This document shows positions 11,043-20,525 of a stretch of DNA of 64,000 bases, in pieces. The notes beneath the pieces are model-generated. The model searched no databases. It was not told the DNA's origin and saw only the letters and a program-made list of their open reading frames with translations. The translations under genes and the position numbers were made by a program. How positions within the stretch are numbered: position 1 is the stretch's first letter; each line of letters opens with the position of its first letter. Source of the DNA: an uncultured Planctomycetaceae bacterium (lineage in GTDB: Bacteria; Planctomycetota; Planctomycetia; Planctomycetales; Planctomycetaceae). The stretch spans positions 32,001 to 96,000 of the forward strand of contig CAWFGE010000020.1 of NCBI GenBank assembly GCA_963815195.1, written 5' to 3'.

Positions 11043-11133
11043 GGATAACCAAGCGGTGAACGGGAGTCGCCGATGACGCGGATTTTCAAATCATAGTTTT
11101 TGGGCGGCGGCCCCGTTACCGCCATCGCTAAAC
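11043..11133 (+). other. attC site of cassette 3, core disrupted
   Basis: R'' GGATAAC; GGTgAACGGGaGTCGCC pairs with GGCGGCCCCGTTACC; the core reads GCTA and is interrupted by insertions at the TA. Confidence 0.8.
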
Positions 11134-11151
11134 CGACCTCGTGTCGGTTTA

Positions 11152-11341
11152 GTGTGGAGTCGAGTGATCGGCTCCGCGGGTGTGGCGTTCCGCCATACCG
11201 AACCCGAGAGAGCCGGGCGGTCTAGCTTTCCTTTGGAGCGATCGGCTTTCTTGGTCTTGCATTCGACGTCGTGGAGACGACGGTAAAGGATCCTCGAGTT
11301 GAGTGATCATGAGCAAAGACGCCGATCACTCAACTCCACAT
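11152..11341. mobile_element. TA-flanked MITE (190 bp) inserted at the attC core
   Basis: TAGTGTGGAGTCGAGTGATCGGC (11150-11172) vs reverse complement of 11321-11343, 21/23 match; no coding capacity. Confidence 0.75.
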
Positions 11342-11353
11342 TATGTGGCAAAG

Positions 11354-11764
11354 ATGGCAACGCTCATTGAAGATGTACGGAAGTCCGCCGATTGGGTCGC
11401 CAATGGTCTATCCAGTTCTGGATACAGTGCGGACTTCACAATTGAAAGCCTTAAAGAAATTGACCGCTTCTTCGATGAACACTCCCGCGATGGTGTGGCC
11501 GTCTCCGGCGGCCTTCTATCCGAACAGCTTGGTTCCCGAATTTTCGCAATTGGCTCATATGTCGGAGAGGTTATTCGCCGCAACGTTGGAGGCAGCTGGC
11601 AAGCAGATGACGATGACCCCGAAGGCGAAATGAACGTCCAATTGGTACAAGATAATGGCGGCACCATTTGGCCCGTTCAGCGTGTCATGAAACGATTCAA
11701 GAATGGCCCTGAAGACGGACTGTATGCTTACGGCGTCTTTGTCAGCGAAAAAGCGGACGGGTAA
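11354..11764 (+). CDS. Cassette 4: hypothetical protein, DUF3806/DUF6278-like (possible immunity protein)
   Basis: DFTIESLKEIDRFF..FAIGSYVGEVIRRNVGGSW..P..RV.KR; the upstream in-frame ATG falls in the MITE, so 11354 is preferred. Confidence 0.6.
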   Translation: MATLIEDVRKSADWVANGLSSSGYSADFTIESLKEIDRFFDEHSRDGVAVSGGLLSEQLGSRIFAIGSYVGEVIRRNVGGSWQADDDDPEGEMNVQLVQDNGGTIWPVQRVMKRFKNGPEDGLYAYGVFVSEKADG

Positions 11765-11837
11765 ACTGTTTCTTCAGCTACTTACATGGCTCTCTCGCCA
11801 TTGGCAACGAGCGGCTCAACGTCAACTCGCAAATGTC

Positions 11838-11946
11838 ACATAACGAATCGCTCAACTTGACCCGCCGCCTTCCCGGTAGTTTAATGGTTCTACAGAAACT
11901 CATACCCCGTCAAAATCCCGCGGGCAAGTTAGCTCAACCGTTAGCC
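11838..11946 (+). other. attC site of cassette 4 (109 bp)
   Basis: R'' ACATAAC; GCTcAACTTGaCCCGC pairs with GCGGGCAAGTTAGC; R' GTTAGCC. Confidence 0.88.
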
Positions 11947-11989
11947 GGCGGAGAGCATTGAGGTTCACACAAGTAACCGGAGGCAATCG

Positions 11990-13033
11990 ATGAAGCCGAA
12001 TGTGGAACGAGGGCAGCGGGTGGCGGCGTGGCTGGGTGTGGCCTGTCTGGGGCTGCTGCCGGTGTCGTCCCTGTCGGCACAAGAACCCAAGCTGCGGGCC
12101 ACCCTCAAGGGGCATACCGATGCGGTCGTGGCCGTGGCATTTAGCCCGGATAGCAAAACCTTGGCATCGGCCAGCTATGACGGGACGCTGAAATTGTGGG
12201 ACATGACCACAGGCAAAGAGCGAGCCACCCTGGGCGAGTACAAGGGCTGTCTCGGCTGTGTTGCGTTCTCCCCCGATGGGAAGACCCTGGCATCGGGGGC
12301 AATCGGATCGCCTGTCTACCTCCCCGACCTCAAGTACGTCAAGTTGTGGGACGTGGCCACCGGCAAGGTACGGACCACCCTTGAGGGGGAAACTTTCCAT
12401 GTCCACTCCGTGACATTCAGCCCGGATGGCAAAACCCTGGCCTCGGTGAACGGCGACGTCACGCTCTGGGACCTGGGCACCAACAAAGAGCGAGCCACCC
12501 TCAAGGGGCATACCAAAGAGGATAAGGAGACGAGCGAACCTGCATGGCCTGTCGAGTCCGTGGCGTTCAGCCCCGATGGCACGACACTGGCAGCGGCGAG
12601 CCATGATATGACCGTCAAAGTCTGGGACGTGGCCACCGCCAAGCGGTCCACCCTTCACGGGCATACCCATGCGGTCTATGCCGTGGCCTTTAGCTCGGAC
12701 AGCAAGACCCTGGCATCGGCGAGCGGCGACAAGACCGTCAGGCTCTGGGACCTGGCCACCAACAAGGCGCGGGCCACGCTACAGGGCCATACCGAGTCAG
12801 TAATGTCCGCAGCCTTCAGCCCCGATGGCAAGATCCTGGCCTCAGCAAGCCGCGACAAGACCATCAAGCTCTGGGATGTGGCCACCGGCAAGGAGCGAGC
12901 CACGCTCAAAGGAACCCAGGCGGTAAGGTCCGTGGCATTCAGCCCGGACGGTAGGATGTTGGCCTCTGCCAGTGGGACTACCGACAACGCGCCGGGTGAG
13001 TTGAAGGTCTGGGACATAGCCACCGGCAAATAG
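11990..13033 (+). CDS. Cassette 5: secreted WD40-repeat beta-propeller protein
   Basis: Signal peptide (..SSLSA-QEP); seven repeats of LKGHT..V..VAFSPDGK.LAS.S.D.T.KLWD. Confidence 0.92.
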   Translation: MKPNVERGQRVAAWLGVACLGLLPVSSLSAQEPKLRATLKGHTDAVVAVAFSPDSKTLASASYDGTLKLWDMTTGKERATLGEYKGCLGCVAFSPDGKTLASGAIGSPVYLPDLKYVKLWDVATGKVRTTLEGETFHVHSVTFSPDGKTLASVNGDVTLWDLGTNKERATLKGHTKEDKETSEPAWPVESVAFSPDGTTLAAASHDMTVKVWDVATAKRSTLHGHTHAVYAVAFSSDSKTLASASGDKTVRLWDLATNKARATLQGHTESVMSAAFSPDGKILASASRDKTIKLWDVATGKERATLKGTQAVRSVAFSPDGRMLASASGTTDNAPGELKVWDIATGK

Positions 13034-13056
13034 GCGGGCAGGTGGGGCTTATCTTC

Positions 13057-13220
13057 CGCGGGGTGGCCCAGGTTGCTCGCAACCTGGGTCGCGTAGCGAC
13101 AAGAGGTAATCGGGGTCGAGGAAGAGACGACACAGATTGTCCGTTGAGTACAAACCTCTTGGGCTTCGACCCCAGGTTGGCTTCGCCCCCAGGTTGGCAA
13201 GTAACCTGGGCCACCCCGCG
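13057..13220. repeat. GGGTGGC-type REP doublet
   Basis: Perfect 18-bp inverted repeat CGCGGGGTGGCCCAGGTT / AACCTGGGCCACCCCGCG with internal CCCAGGTT reiterations. Confidence 0.8.
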
Positions 13221-13377
13221 AACAACCGCGAACTCTTCGCAACCATGCAGCGGCCAAGGTGGTCGCGAGCCTTTCTTCGTCTGCGACGCAGCCCGCCTTC
13301 GAATTCAGCGAATTCACGCGATCGCCGGATGGACATTACGCAATTCTGGAAGCGTTCATCGGCAAGGCCTTCTTAGA

Positions 13378-14157
13378 TTAACAGTCGGCGAACGGGTCGT
13401 CCGGCGGTTCCGCGGGGGTCCAGCATTTGGCGGGGGACAAGGTTCCCAGGGTTTTGGCGAGATGCTCGGTCAACATCAGCAAACCGCCGGCGACGAGAAT
13501 CAGCGAGAACATCACGCACAACACCAGCAGCCCGCCGTGGATTTGCTGCACTTGCGCCAAGGCGACGCCGATCACGACCCCGAACACCAGCGAGACGGTC
13601 ACTGCGACGACGTCCGCGCCCAACAGGAGGGGATGGAGCTTGTTCGTGCCAAAGGGTTCCGGCGGCCAGATTTGGCGTTTTCGGAACCAGGAGACCGTGG
13701 AATCCACCCAGACCTTCATGCCCCGCCGCCAGGCGAGATAACAACCGATCCACGTGGACAGCGTGGCCAATCCGCAACTGACCCAGAGCGCGAACAGCGC
13801 CCCCAGAATCTCCGCTCCCGGAAATGCCAGCCGCAGGCTCGATGTGACGAGCCAAATGCCGAAGGTGAGCGCCACCGCGGTGAGGCTGATCTTCCAGAAG
13901 GCCAGCGCCAGATAAAACCAGAAATGCGTCTGGCCGCGTTGGGCGATCGGATCCCTCCGCCACAGCCAAAGCCCGTTGCGAAAATCGTACCAGCCGAATT
14001 TGAGGCAGGCGACCACGGCCACCAGCGAGGAGTTGGCGTGGAGTTCGAACAGCAGCCACGCGGTGCCCGCGACGATGATCCACACCAACCCCGACGGCCA
14101 CGCGCGGGCGGCGTCCTGCTCCAATTCCGGTTGATAGGTCAATTCTTCGGTGGCCAT
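13378..14157 (-). CDS. Hypothetical multi-pass membrane protein
   Basis: 259 aa with about six hydrophobic segments. Confidence 0.65.
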   Translation of the reverse strand: MATEELTYQPELEQDAARAWPSGLVWIIVAGTAWLLFELHANSSLVAVVACLKFGWYDFRNGLWLWRRDPIAQRGQTHFWFYLALAFWKISLTAVALTFGIWLVTSSLRLAFPGAEILGALFALWVSCGLATLSTWIGCYLAWRRGMKVWVDSTVSWFRKRQIWPPEPFGTNKLHPLLLGADVVAVTVSLVFGVVIGVALAQVQQIHGGLLVLCVMFSLILVAGGLLMLTEHLAKTLGTLSPAKCWTPAEPPDDPFADC

Positions 14158-14250
14158 GAGTTGAATCTACCCGTTGATGAGCCGGAACGGGCTCGCATTC
14201 GGTTCTCCCTATGAACCGGGGCTAGCACCCTGCGGCTAATCAATGCGACG

Positions 14251-15441
14251 CTAATCTTCATAGAGTGCATTGACGCTGGCAATACTTTGTCCCTCGCCAT
14301 TCGGGAATTTGTGTCCCTGAGCCATAAGGCAGCATTCGAGGGCCGCCAGGAATAATAAGACGTTGCGGGGCGTGCTGGCTTCGCCCATCAGGCCGATCCG
14401 CCAGGTCTTGCCCTTCATCGGTCCCAAGCCGCCGCCGATCTCGATGCCGAACTCGCTTAAGAGTTGCTTCCGCACGGCCACGTCGTCCACGCCCGCGGGG
14501 ATTTTGACGGCGTTGAGCATCGGCAAGCAATGCTCTTCCTCGACCGCGTATTCCACGCCGATCGCGTTCAACCCGGTTTTCAATGCCATATGATTCCGGC
14601 GGTGGCGATCGTGCCGGGCGGACAGCCCTTCCGCGAGCACCAGCCGCAGGGCTTCGTGGAGCGCGTAATTCATGTTGATGGGAGCGGTGTGGTGGTAGCT
14701 TCGCTGTTCGCCCCAGTAGTTCCGCACCATCGTCATGTCGAGATACCAACTCGCGACTTTGGTTTTGCGGTTGTCGATGGCTTCCACCGCGCGGGGGCTG
14801 AACGTGACCGGCGACAATCCCGGCGGGCAGCTCAGGCATTTTTGCGTGCCACTGTAAACGGCGTCGAGTTCCCATTCATCGACTTCCACCGGCACGCCGC
14901 CCAGCGAAGTTACGCAATCGACCAAGAGCAGCGCCCCGGCTTCGTGCACGGCTTTTGAAACGTCCGGCAACGGCTGCCAGGCCCCGGTGGAAGTCTCCGC
15001 ATGCACGATCCCCACGACTTTGGGATTGGATTTTTTGATCGCGGTTTGGATTTCTTCGACCGAAAACACTTCGCCGAAAGGCCGTTCGATGACGGACACC
15101 TCGGCTCCCGCACGTTCGGCAACATCGGCCATCCGCGCGCCGAACACGCCGTTCTTGCAGATGAGCATCCGGTCGCCGCGCTCGATCAGGTTGACCACGC
15201 AGGTTTCCATCCCGGAACTTCCGGTGCCGCTGACGGCGAGCGTCAATTCGTTCTTGGTCGAGAACACCCGCCGGAGCATGCTCTGCATTTCATCCATGAT
15301 CCGCAAAAAATAGGGATCGAGATGCCCGACCGTCGGGGCGGAGAGGGCGGCCAGAACGCTGGGAGCAATATCGCTCGGCCCCGGCCCCATCAAAATCCGG
15401 GACGGCGGAGCAATCGGCGCGGGCAATTCGGGGTTGGGCAT
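14251..15441 (-). CDS. Alanine-glyoxylate / serine-pyruvate aminotransferase (class V PLP)
   Basis: [60 protein letters not shown]. Confidence 0.93.
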   Translation of the reverse strand: MPNPELPAPIAPPSRILMGPGPSDIAPSVLAALSAPTVGHLDPYFLRIMDEMQSMLRRVFSTKNELTLAVSGTGSSGMETCVVNLIERGDRMLICKNGVFGARMADVAERAGAEVSVIERPFGEVFSVEEIQTAIKKSNPKVVGIVHAETSTGAWQPLPDVSKAVHEAGALLLVDCVTSLGGVPVEVDEWELDAVYSGTQKCLSCPPGLSPVTFSPRAVEAIDNRKTKVASWYLDMTMVRNYWGEQRSYHHTAPINMNYALHEALRLVLAEGLSARHDRHRRNHMALKTGLNAIGVEYAVEEEHCLPMLNAVKIPAGVDDVAVRKQLLSEFGIEIGGGLGPMKGKTWRIGLMGEASTPRNVLLFLAALECCLMAQGHKFPNGEGQSIASVNALYED

Positions 15442-15632
15442 GGCAGCGGCATTTCCAGGGATAAGAATCTGTGGTTTTCCGTCCCTTTCAGCCTACCTTT
15501 GTCGCCGCGGAAATTGAAGCGTGATTCTGCGGATTCGGTCCTGGGGCCGACTCCGATTGCCCGAGATCGGGTGGCACATCCCTGAGCAAAGCGAAGGGCG
15601 TGTCAATCGCAAAGACCGACGCCTTTGTTCCG

Positions 15633-16856
15633 TCATTGGTCATTTCCCCGGAGGAATTTCACATGGGGATAAGATTTCCCAAGCACCGTTGGCGAGGGCA
15701 CCTTGAGCCACTCGTCGAGCACCGTGGCATAGACCTGGCGGAAGTCGGTGTGATGCTTCAAATCGCCGTCGGTGAGGTCCTCGAGGCGGGGATGCTCGCC
15801 CACGAGTCCGGGGCGGACCGGTTCGCCGATCAAAAACATTTGCGAGGCGACGCCGTGGTCGGTGCCCGCGGACCCGTTTTCCTTCACGCGCCGGCCGAAC
15901 TCGGAGAACGTCATCGCCAGCACCCGCTTCGCGTGGCCTTGGTGGACGATGTCTTTCTGGAACGCCGCCAGGCCCTCGGCCAGTTCCCCCAGTAGCCGAG
16001 CGTGGGTCGGTTTTTGGCCGGCATGGGTGTCGAAGCCCTCGTGGGCGGTGTAATAAATCCGTTCGGGAATCCCCGCATCGATGAGTTGGGCGATGAGTTT
16101 TAGATTTCGCCCCAGCCGCGTTTCGGGATAGGACACGGGCGTTTGATAGGATCCCGCCACTCGTTCCAATTCCCGGGCCGAGGCGTAGGTCTCTTGGGTC
16201 GAAGCCCGCACGAGGTTTAGGAGATCATTGTCATCGGACGAACTCGCCGCGAGGCGTTCGATGGTCTCCCGCCGGGTTTGGCCTTCGGCTCCTGGCCCCG
16301 TTTTCAAGCGGTAATCTTTGAGCGAACTTACCGTGGGCGCATATCCTGCCGGCGACAATAAGGCCAACGGCCCTTCGCCCCCGCCGAGGTACAGGCCCTT
16401 TCCCGATTTCAAAAGAGGCAGTGATCGGCCCAACCAGCCGAACGTCTCTGCGGGCGAACGCGTGGCTTTGTGCCAGATGTCCATCGACTCAAAGTGCGAG
16501 CGGTTCGGATTGGGATAACCAACGCCCTGCACGATGGCGATCTGCGACGCTTCGAGCAAGTCGGCAAAGCCTTGCATCGCGGGATGAAAGCCCAGGTCCT
16601 CGTTGATCTTTTTTACTTCAGAGGCGGGCTGTTTCAACGTCGGCCGGGCCGCAAGATACGCCGGGTCGCGAAAGGGGATGACGGTGTTCAATCCATCATT
16701 GCCTCCGGTCAATTGCACGACGACCAGGATCGTCTGATCGCCCCCGGGCTGATCGGACTTCGGGGCCGCCCACGCCGCCCGTTGAAACACGCCCGGCAAC
16801 CCCGCCCCGAACGCCACCGTCGACGCCCCCAAAAATGCTCTGCGTGAAATGGTCAT
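15633..16856 (-). CDS. DUF1501-family protein with Tat signal
   Basis: SRRAFLG; VVVQLTGGNDGLNT; NRSHF; GFDTH; FSEFGRR..EN...GTDHG; DFRQVYA. Confidence 0.9.
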   Translation of the reverse strand: MTISRRAFLGASTVAFGAGLPGVFQRAAWAAPKSDQPGGDQTILVVVQLTGGNDGLNTVIPFRDPAYLAARPTLKQPASEVKKINEDLGFHPAMQGFADLLEASQIAIVQGVGYPNPNRSHFESMDIWHKATRSPAETFGWLGRSLPLLKSGKGLYLGGGEGPLALLSPAGYAPTVSSLKDYRLKTGPGAEGQTRRETIERLAASSSDDNDLLNLVRASTQETYASARELERVAGSYQTPVSYPETRLGRNLKLIAQLIDAGIPERIYYTAHEGFDTHAGQKPTHARLLGELAEGLAAFQKDIVHQGHAKRVLAMTFSEFGRRVKENGSAGTDHGVASQMFLIGEPVRPGLVGEHPRLEDLTDGDLKHHTDFRQVYATVLDEWLKVPSPTVLGKSYPHVKFLRGNDQ

Positions 16857-16894
16857 GGTTGTTGGTCCTTTGTCAGGTTGTCCATTGTGTTTCA

Positions 16895-18301
16895 TCAAGC
16901 GAGTTGTGCCTCCGGCAGGGTGAGCACCAAGTGGGCGGCGGTGCGGGCGAGGAGGCCATCGACCACGCGGGGCGATGTGAAGGGCCGCCCGCGGATTCGG
17001 GTTTGTTCCCCGTCCAAATGAGCGACCATTTCCGCAAAGCCGGGATGATCGGACCGCGCCAGGAACAGTTCCAAAAAGAACCGCACGAGGTTCTCGCTGC
17101 CGTGGATTTGATGGGCCGACGCGAGGCGGGCGGGGTCGGTGTTGTGGGCCTCATCGGGGGCGCTCGAAAGGGCGAACGCCAGGTTTTGCCGGGCGAGCAA
17201 GGTCGTCGAGTTGAGCCAAGCGGGCCCGCCGTCCCAGCCTTTGACGCTGGGCGGATAAAACAAACTCTGCCCCATAGGGTCCAAGGCCTCGGCCATTTTG
17301 AGCGGGCTGGCCCGGCCGTCGAGACCGCGAACGCCGCCCACCACAAAATCCACGGGGCTTTTGACTTTCTGCCGGATCGCCGCGGGGGAATAAAACACCC
17401 AACTGCTGAGCATTGTTTCGACGAGCCAGGCGGTGTCGTAATCGCGAAGCCGATACCCTTCGGAAAGCGGGGCGAGCATTTCGTCGGAGGGTTCGACCGT
17501 TTCGCTCACGAATTCGCGGAACAGCTTTCGCACCAAACACCGGCCGCACGCGGGTTGGCTCAAAGCAATCCGCACGACATCCCCCGCCGACCAGGGACCG
17601 GTTTGACCGAGAATGGTCTTCTCGCCCGCATCGTGCTTTTGGATGTCGAACTCGGCCCGGCCGTCCTTCAAGGTCCAACCGGTGAGGGCGCGGGCGGCTT
17701 CTTTGATGTCCGCCTCCGTGTAGTTGCCCACGCCGAGCGTGAATAGCTCAAACAGTTCGCGGGCCAGGTTTTCGTTGGGTTGGCCTTTTTGATTGGTCTC
17801 CGCGTCGAGCCAAATCAGCATTGCGGGGTCGAAGACGATCTTTTCCAGCATCGCTCCGAACCGTCCCAAGGCGTGTTCGCGAAAGATGGCGTTCTGCCGC
17901 TGCATCAGGCCCAGATCGTCGACCTTGGCGTTCGAGGTCGCGAAATGATTGTGCCAGAACAACGTCAATCGTTCTCGCAACGGGTGCGGCGAGAAGAGCA
18001 TGCGATACAGCCACGCCGCCTTCAGCCGCTGCGGATCGCCGTTGGCGATGGCTCCTTCGGTCAGGCGTTCGGCTTCCTCGGTAAACTGGTCTTGATCGCC
18101 CGCGCCATTGAGCAACGCGGAAATCACTTTCGCGGGCGTGGAGGCGATGCCTTGATGAATCTCGTTCCAATTCGCCCCGAACCCGGCTCGGCGATAGAGG
18201 TGGGCGACCTTTTCCGCATTCCAAGGATTGGCCCCGTTGGGAAAATACGCCTGCCACGCCGTCTCGGGGCGGAATCGTTCAAACGCTGTCTGTGCCGACA
18301 T
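16895..18301 (-). CDS. DUF1800-family protein
   Basis: AHLYRRAGFG; LRERLTLFWHNHFATS; PNENLARELFELFTLG; PPSVKGW. Confidence 0.9.
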   Translation of the reverse strand: MSAQTAFERFRPETAWQAYFPNGANPWNAEKVAHLYRRAGFGANWNEIHQGIASTPAKVISALLNGAGDQDQFTEEAERLTEGAIANGDPQRLKAAWLYRMLFSPHPLRERLTLFWHNHFATSNAKVDDLGLMQRQNAIFREHALGRFGAMLEKIVFDPAMLIWLDAETNQKGQPNENLARELFELFTLGVGNYTEADIKEAARALTGWTLKDGRAEFDIQKHDAGEKTILGQTGPWSAGDVVRIALSQPACGRCLVRKLFREFVSETVEPSDEMLAPLSEGYRLRDYDTAWLVETMLSSWVFYSPAAIRQKVKSPVDFVVGGVRGLDGRASPLKMAEALDPMGQSLFYPPSVKGWDGGPAWLNSTTLLARQNLAFALSSAPDEAHNTDPARLASAHQIHGSENLVRFFLELFLARSDHPGFAEMVAHLDGEQTRIRGRPFTSPRVVDGLLARTAAHLVLTLPEAQLA

Positions 18302-18318
18302 GACAACTCCGAAGTTGG

Positions 18319-18349
18319 AATGACCAATGACCAAGCCCCAATGACCAAT
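18319..18349. repeat. AATGACC heptamer reiteration
   Basis: AATGACCAATGACCAAGCCCCAATGACCAAT directly upstream of the DUF1800 gene. Confidence 0.6.
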
Positions 18350-18446
18350 TCCGCCTGGCGAGCGGCCAGCGTCAGCTGGCTGATTCCTCACATATGTTTT
18401 AATTCGCTAGGATGGCAAAATGCCTTCGCGATTTCGAAACCGACGC

Positions 18447-20228
18447 TCAATCCTTGAGATCATGGGGCGGACGACCCACGCTCGCCTTGGGCTGGATGCG
18501 GATTCGGTATTCGAATCCCCGGTCCGTGAACGCGGCTTCGGTGGTGAGCCGGCCCAACGACTGGACCAGATCGAGGCCGAGCTCGAATTCCCGCGCGGCT
18601 TCGGAAAGGCTCAGGCCGCGTTTGAGCGCGCTGTCTTCGAGAATCGCTTCGCGGAAATCCGTCAGCGCGCCGGCCAACTGGGTGAAGGACAGCGATTGCC
18701 GATCAGTGACCTGCGATAGAGGGCCCGTGCCCCTTCGCGGTTCCGCGGCCTGGCGATCGAGTTCATCGATGACCTGGGTGACGATGTGTCTTGTGGAGCC
18801 GACGATGAAATGCCCGCGGGCGACGGTCCACGTGGGATTGAAATTGAACCGGACGCGATTGCCCTCGCGGGCGGATTTTTCATCATCGCGGAACCAGATC
18901 CCCTTGAGCCGGGCCTGGGCGTGCTCGGAAGTTTTGGTGAGCATGCGGGCTTTGCCGAAGGTGGTGAGAAGCCCAATCGCCCGCGACAGAGGCTCGGCTT
19001 GGTCCTGGAACGCCGCCTCATCGCGGAGCGAAACACAGACCGCCGCCGCGGGGAGGCGGTCTTTCAATTCGATGCGGTATTCCGAAGGCCCGGAGCGCGC
19101 GAGCACGAAGCGAAAGTCCGTCCCCAGCTGCTCGAACAATCGGCTCGGCGTGAACGAGACGCCAAACGTCGAAAACTGCCGCTTCACATCGGCGTCGCCC
19201 TTTTCGATTTTCTTGAGGGCCGACTCGGTGAGCAGATCGGCCCGCTGGTTCCAGAGCGCCGCGTAATCGCGATACCAACTCGCGCTGTAAATCGTCCCGG
19301 CCGGTTCCAACAGTGGGGCCAAGGCGTGGTTGGGATCCCGGGCGAAAAAGCCGTCCAATACGTGGATCGGCTCGGTGCTGCGGGTCGCGATTTGAAGGGA
19401 GAACTCCGACGAACCGTTCGGCCACCCGAGGTTCACCCTCAAGCGGTCGGCCGCTCCCAACAGATCCAACCAACCGCCGAGGAGCGCCATCGGCCCCGCA
19501 TCATCCCCCGGGCGTTTGAGGACCTTCTGGAAACCTGGCACCTTGCGGACCGTTTCCAAATCCACTTCCAAGCTCACGCTCGGTTGGACATGCCCTGGAT
19601 CGACCGGTGATGCCGAGGCGGGGGCCGCGTGCTTCTGCAATTGATCGATGGCGCGTTTGAGGTGCGCTTCCTTTGATGCCGCGATCAGGCGGGGGCCGAT
19701 GATGGCGACGAAGGACTTGTCGACCCGGTAGATCTTCACACCCTGATACGATTCCGTCGGCGGCGATGGTTTTCCCTGATCTTTGATCAGCTTGAACATC
19801 GCTGACTCGATCCGCGGCCAAATCTCGGGGGCCGAGGCTTTGATAATCAGTGTCGTCTGCTCGTCGGGTTTGGGAGTGGCCGCGATCCAGATGCCGCCAG
19901 CGGTGAGTTGTTCGAGCGCATCGCTCCAGCTCTGTCCGCTGACTTGTTCCAGAAAACCCGAGCCTGCGCGGACGCGCTCGAACTCCGGCGTTTCCAGACG
20001 GGCTTTGAAGAGCGGACTTTGGGAAATGTCCTTCCACGCCCGCGCCAGAATCGGATGCTCCGCCCAACGCATCGGTTGGCGGACTTCCAAAATGAAGACG
20101 GCGTCTCGATGCAGCAGTTGGCGTTCCAGAGACTCCGCGGCCGAGGTTTGCGCGGAAAAAGCAAGACACCACGACGCCAGCACGAGTCCCGCGGACCATC
20201 GCCGGACGGGGAGTTTCCAATCGGCCAT
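18447..20228 (-). CDS. Exported hypothetical protein (possibly DUF3352-like)
   Basis: Signal-peptide-like N-terminus, long intact ORF, co-oriented with DUF1800/DUF1501. Confidence 0.6.
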   Translation of the reverse strand: MADWKLPVRRWSAGLVLASWCLAFSAQTSAAESLERQLLHRDAVFILEVRQPMRWAEHPILARAWKDISQSPLFKARLETPEFERVRAGSGFLEQVSGQSWSDALEQLTAGGIWIAATPKPDEQTTLIIKASAPEIWPRIESAMFKLIKDQGKPSPPTESYQGVKIYRVDKSFVAIIGPRLIAASKEAHLKRAIDQLQKHAAPASASPVDPGHVQPSVSLEVDLETVRKVPGFQKVLKRPGDDAGPMALLGGWLDLLGAADRLRVNLGWPNGSSEFSLQIATRSTEPIHVLDGFFARDPNHALAPLLEPAGTIYSASWYRDYAALWNQRADLLTESALKKIEKGDADVKRQFSTFGVSFTPSRLFEQLGTDFRFVLARSGPSEYRIELKDRLPAAAVCVSLRDEAAFQDQAEPLSRAIGLLTTFGKARMLTKTSEHAQARLKGIWFRDDEKSAREGNRVRFNFNPTWTVARGHFIVGSTRHIVTQVIDELDRQAAEPRRGTGPLSQVTDRQSLSFTQLAGALTDFREAILEDSALKRGLSLSEAAREFELGLDLVQSLGRLTTEAAFTDRGFEYRIRIQPKASVGRPPHDLKD

Positions 20229-20351
20229 CACAACGCCTCTCGCTTCGCCAAAGCAGCCGGAACACGAACTCTCGTTCAAAGTTACCCGGCGGGGATTTTC
20301 GGAGTTTCAACAAACCCAAAAATCTTCGGCGAAACCAAAGCGGAATGCTGG

Positions 20352-20490
20352 AAAACTCGAAATCCGAAACAAATTTCGAAGGCTCGAAATCCCAGATCCT
20401 CAAACTTCCCGGATGGCCGGTGACTCGTTTGGGATATTCGGATTTGAGATTTTGAAATTGTTTCGGATTTCGGATTTCGTGCTTCGGATT
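20352..20490. repeat. Heptamer-based imperfect inverted repeat (AAATCCG / CGGATTT)
   Basis: AAACTCGAAATCCGAAACAAATTTC... pairs with ...GAAATTGTTTCGGATTTCGGATTTCGTGCTTCGGATTT, just after the fliA stop. Confidence 0.7.
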
Positions 20491-20525
20491 TACACGGGGG
20501 AGCGTGGCGATTTGCTGATCGGAGT

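Larger units (their letters stand above)
9471..13033 (+). mobile_element. Integron gene-cassette array without an integrase in the window (CALIN), five cassettes
   Basis: Co-oriented single-gene units; cassette-start cores match their own downstream inverse cores: GTTAGGC/GCCTAAC, GTTATCC/GGATAAC, reconstructed GCTATGT/ACATAAC; attC hairpins with two extrahelical bases. Confidence 0.85.

Noticed and set aside
13221..13300. attC for the WD40 cassette
   Set aside because: There is no GGCTAAC-like inverse core or matching GTT core with proper arms
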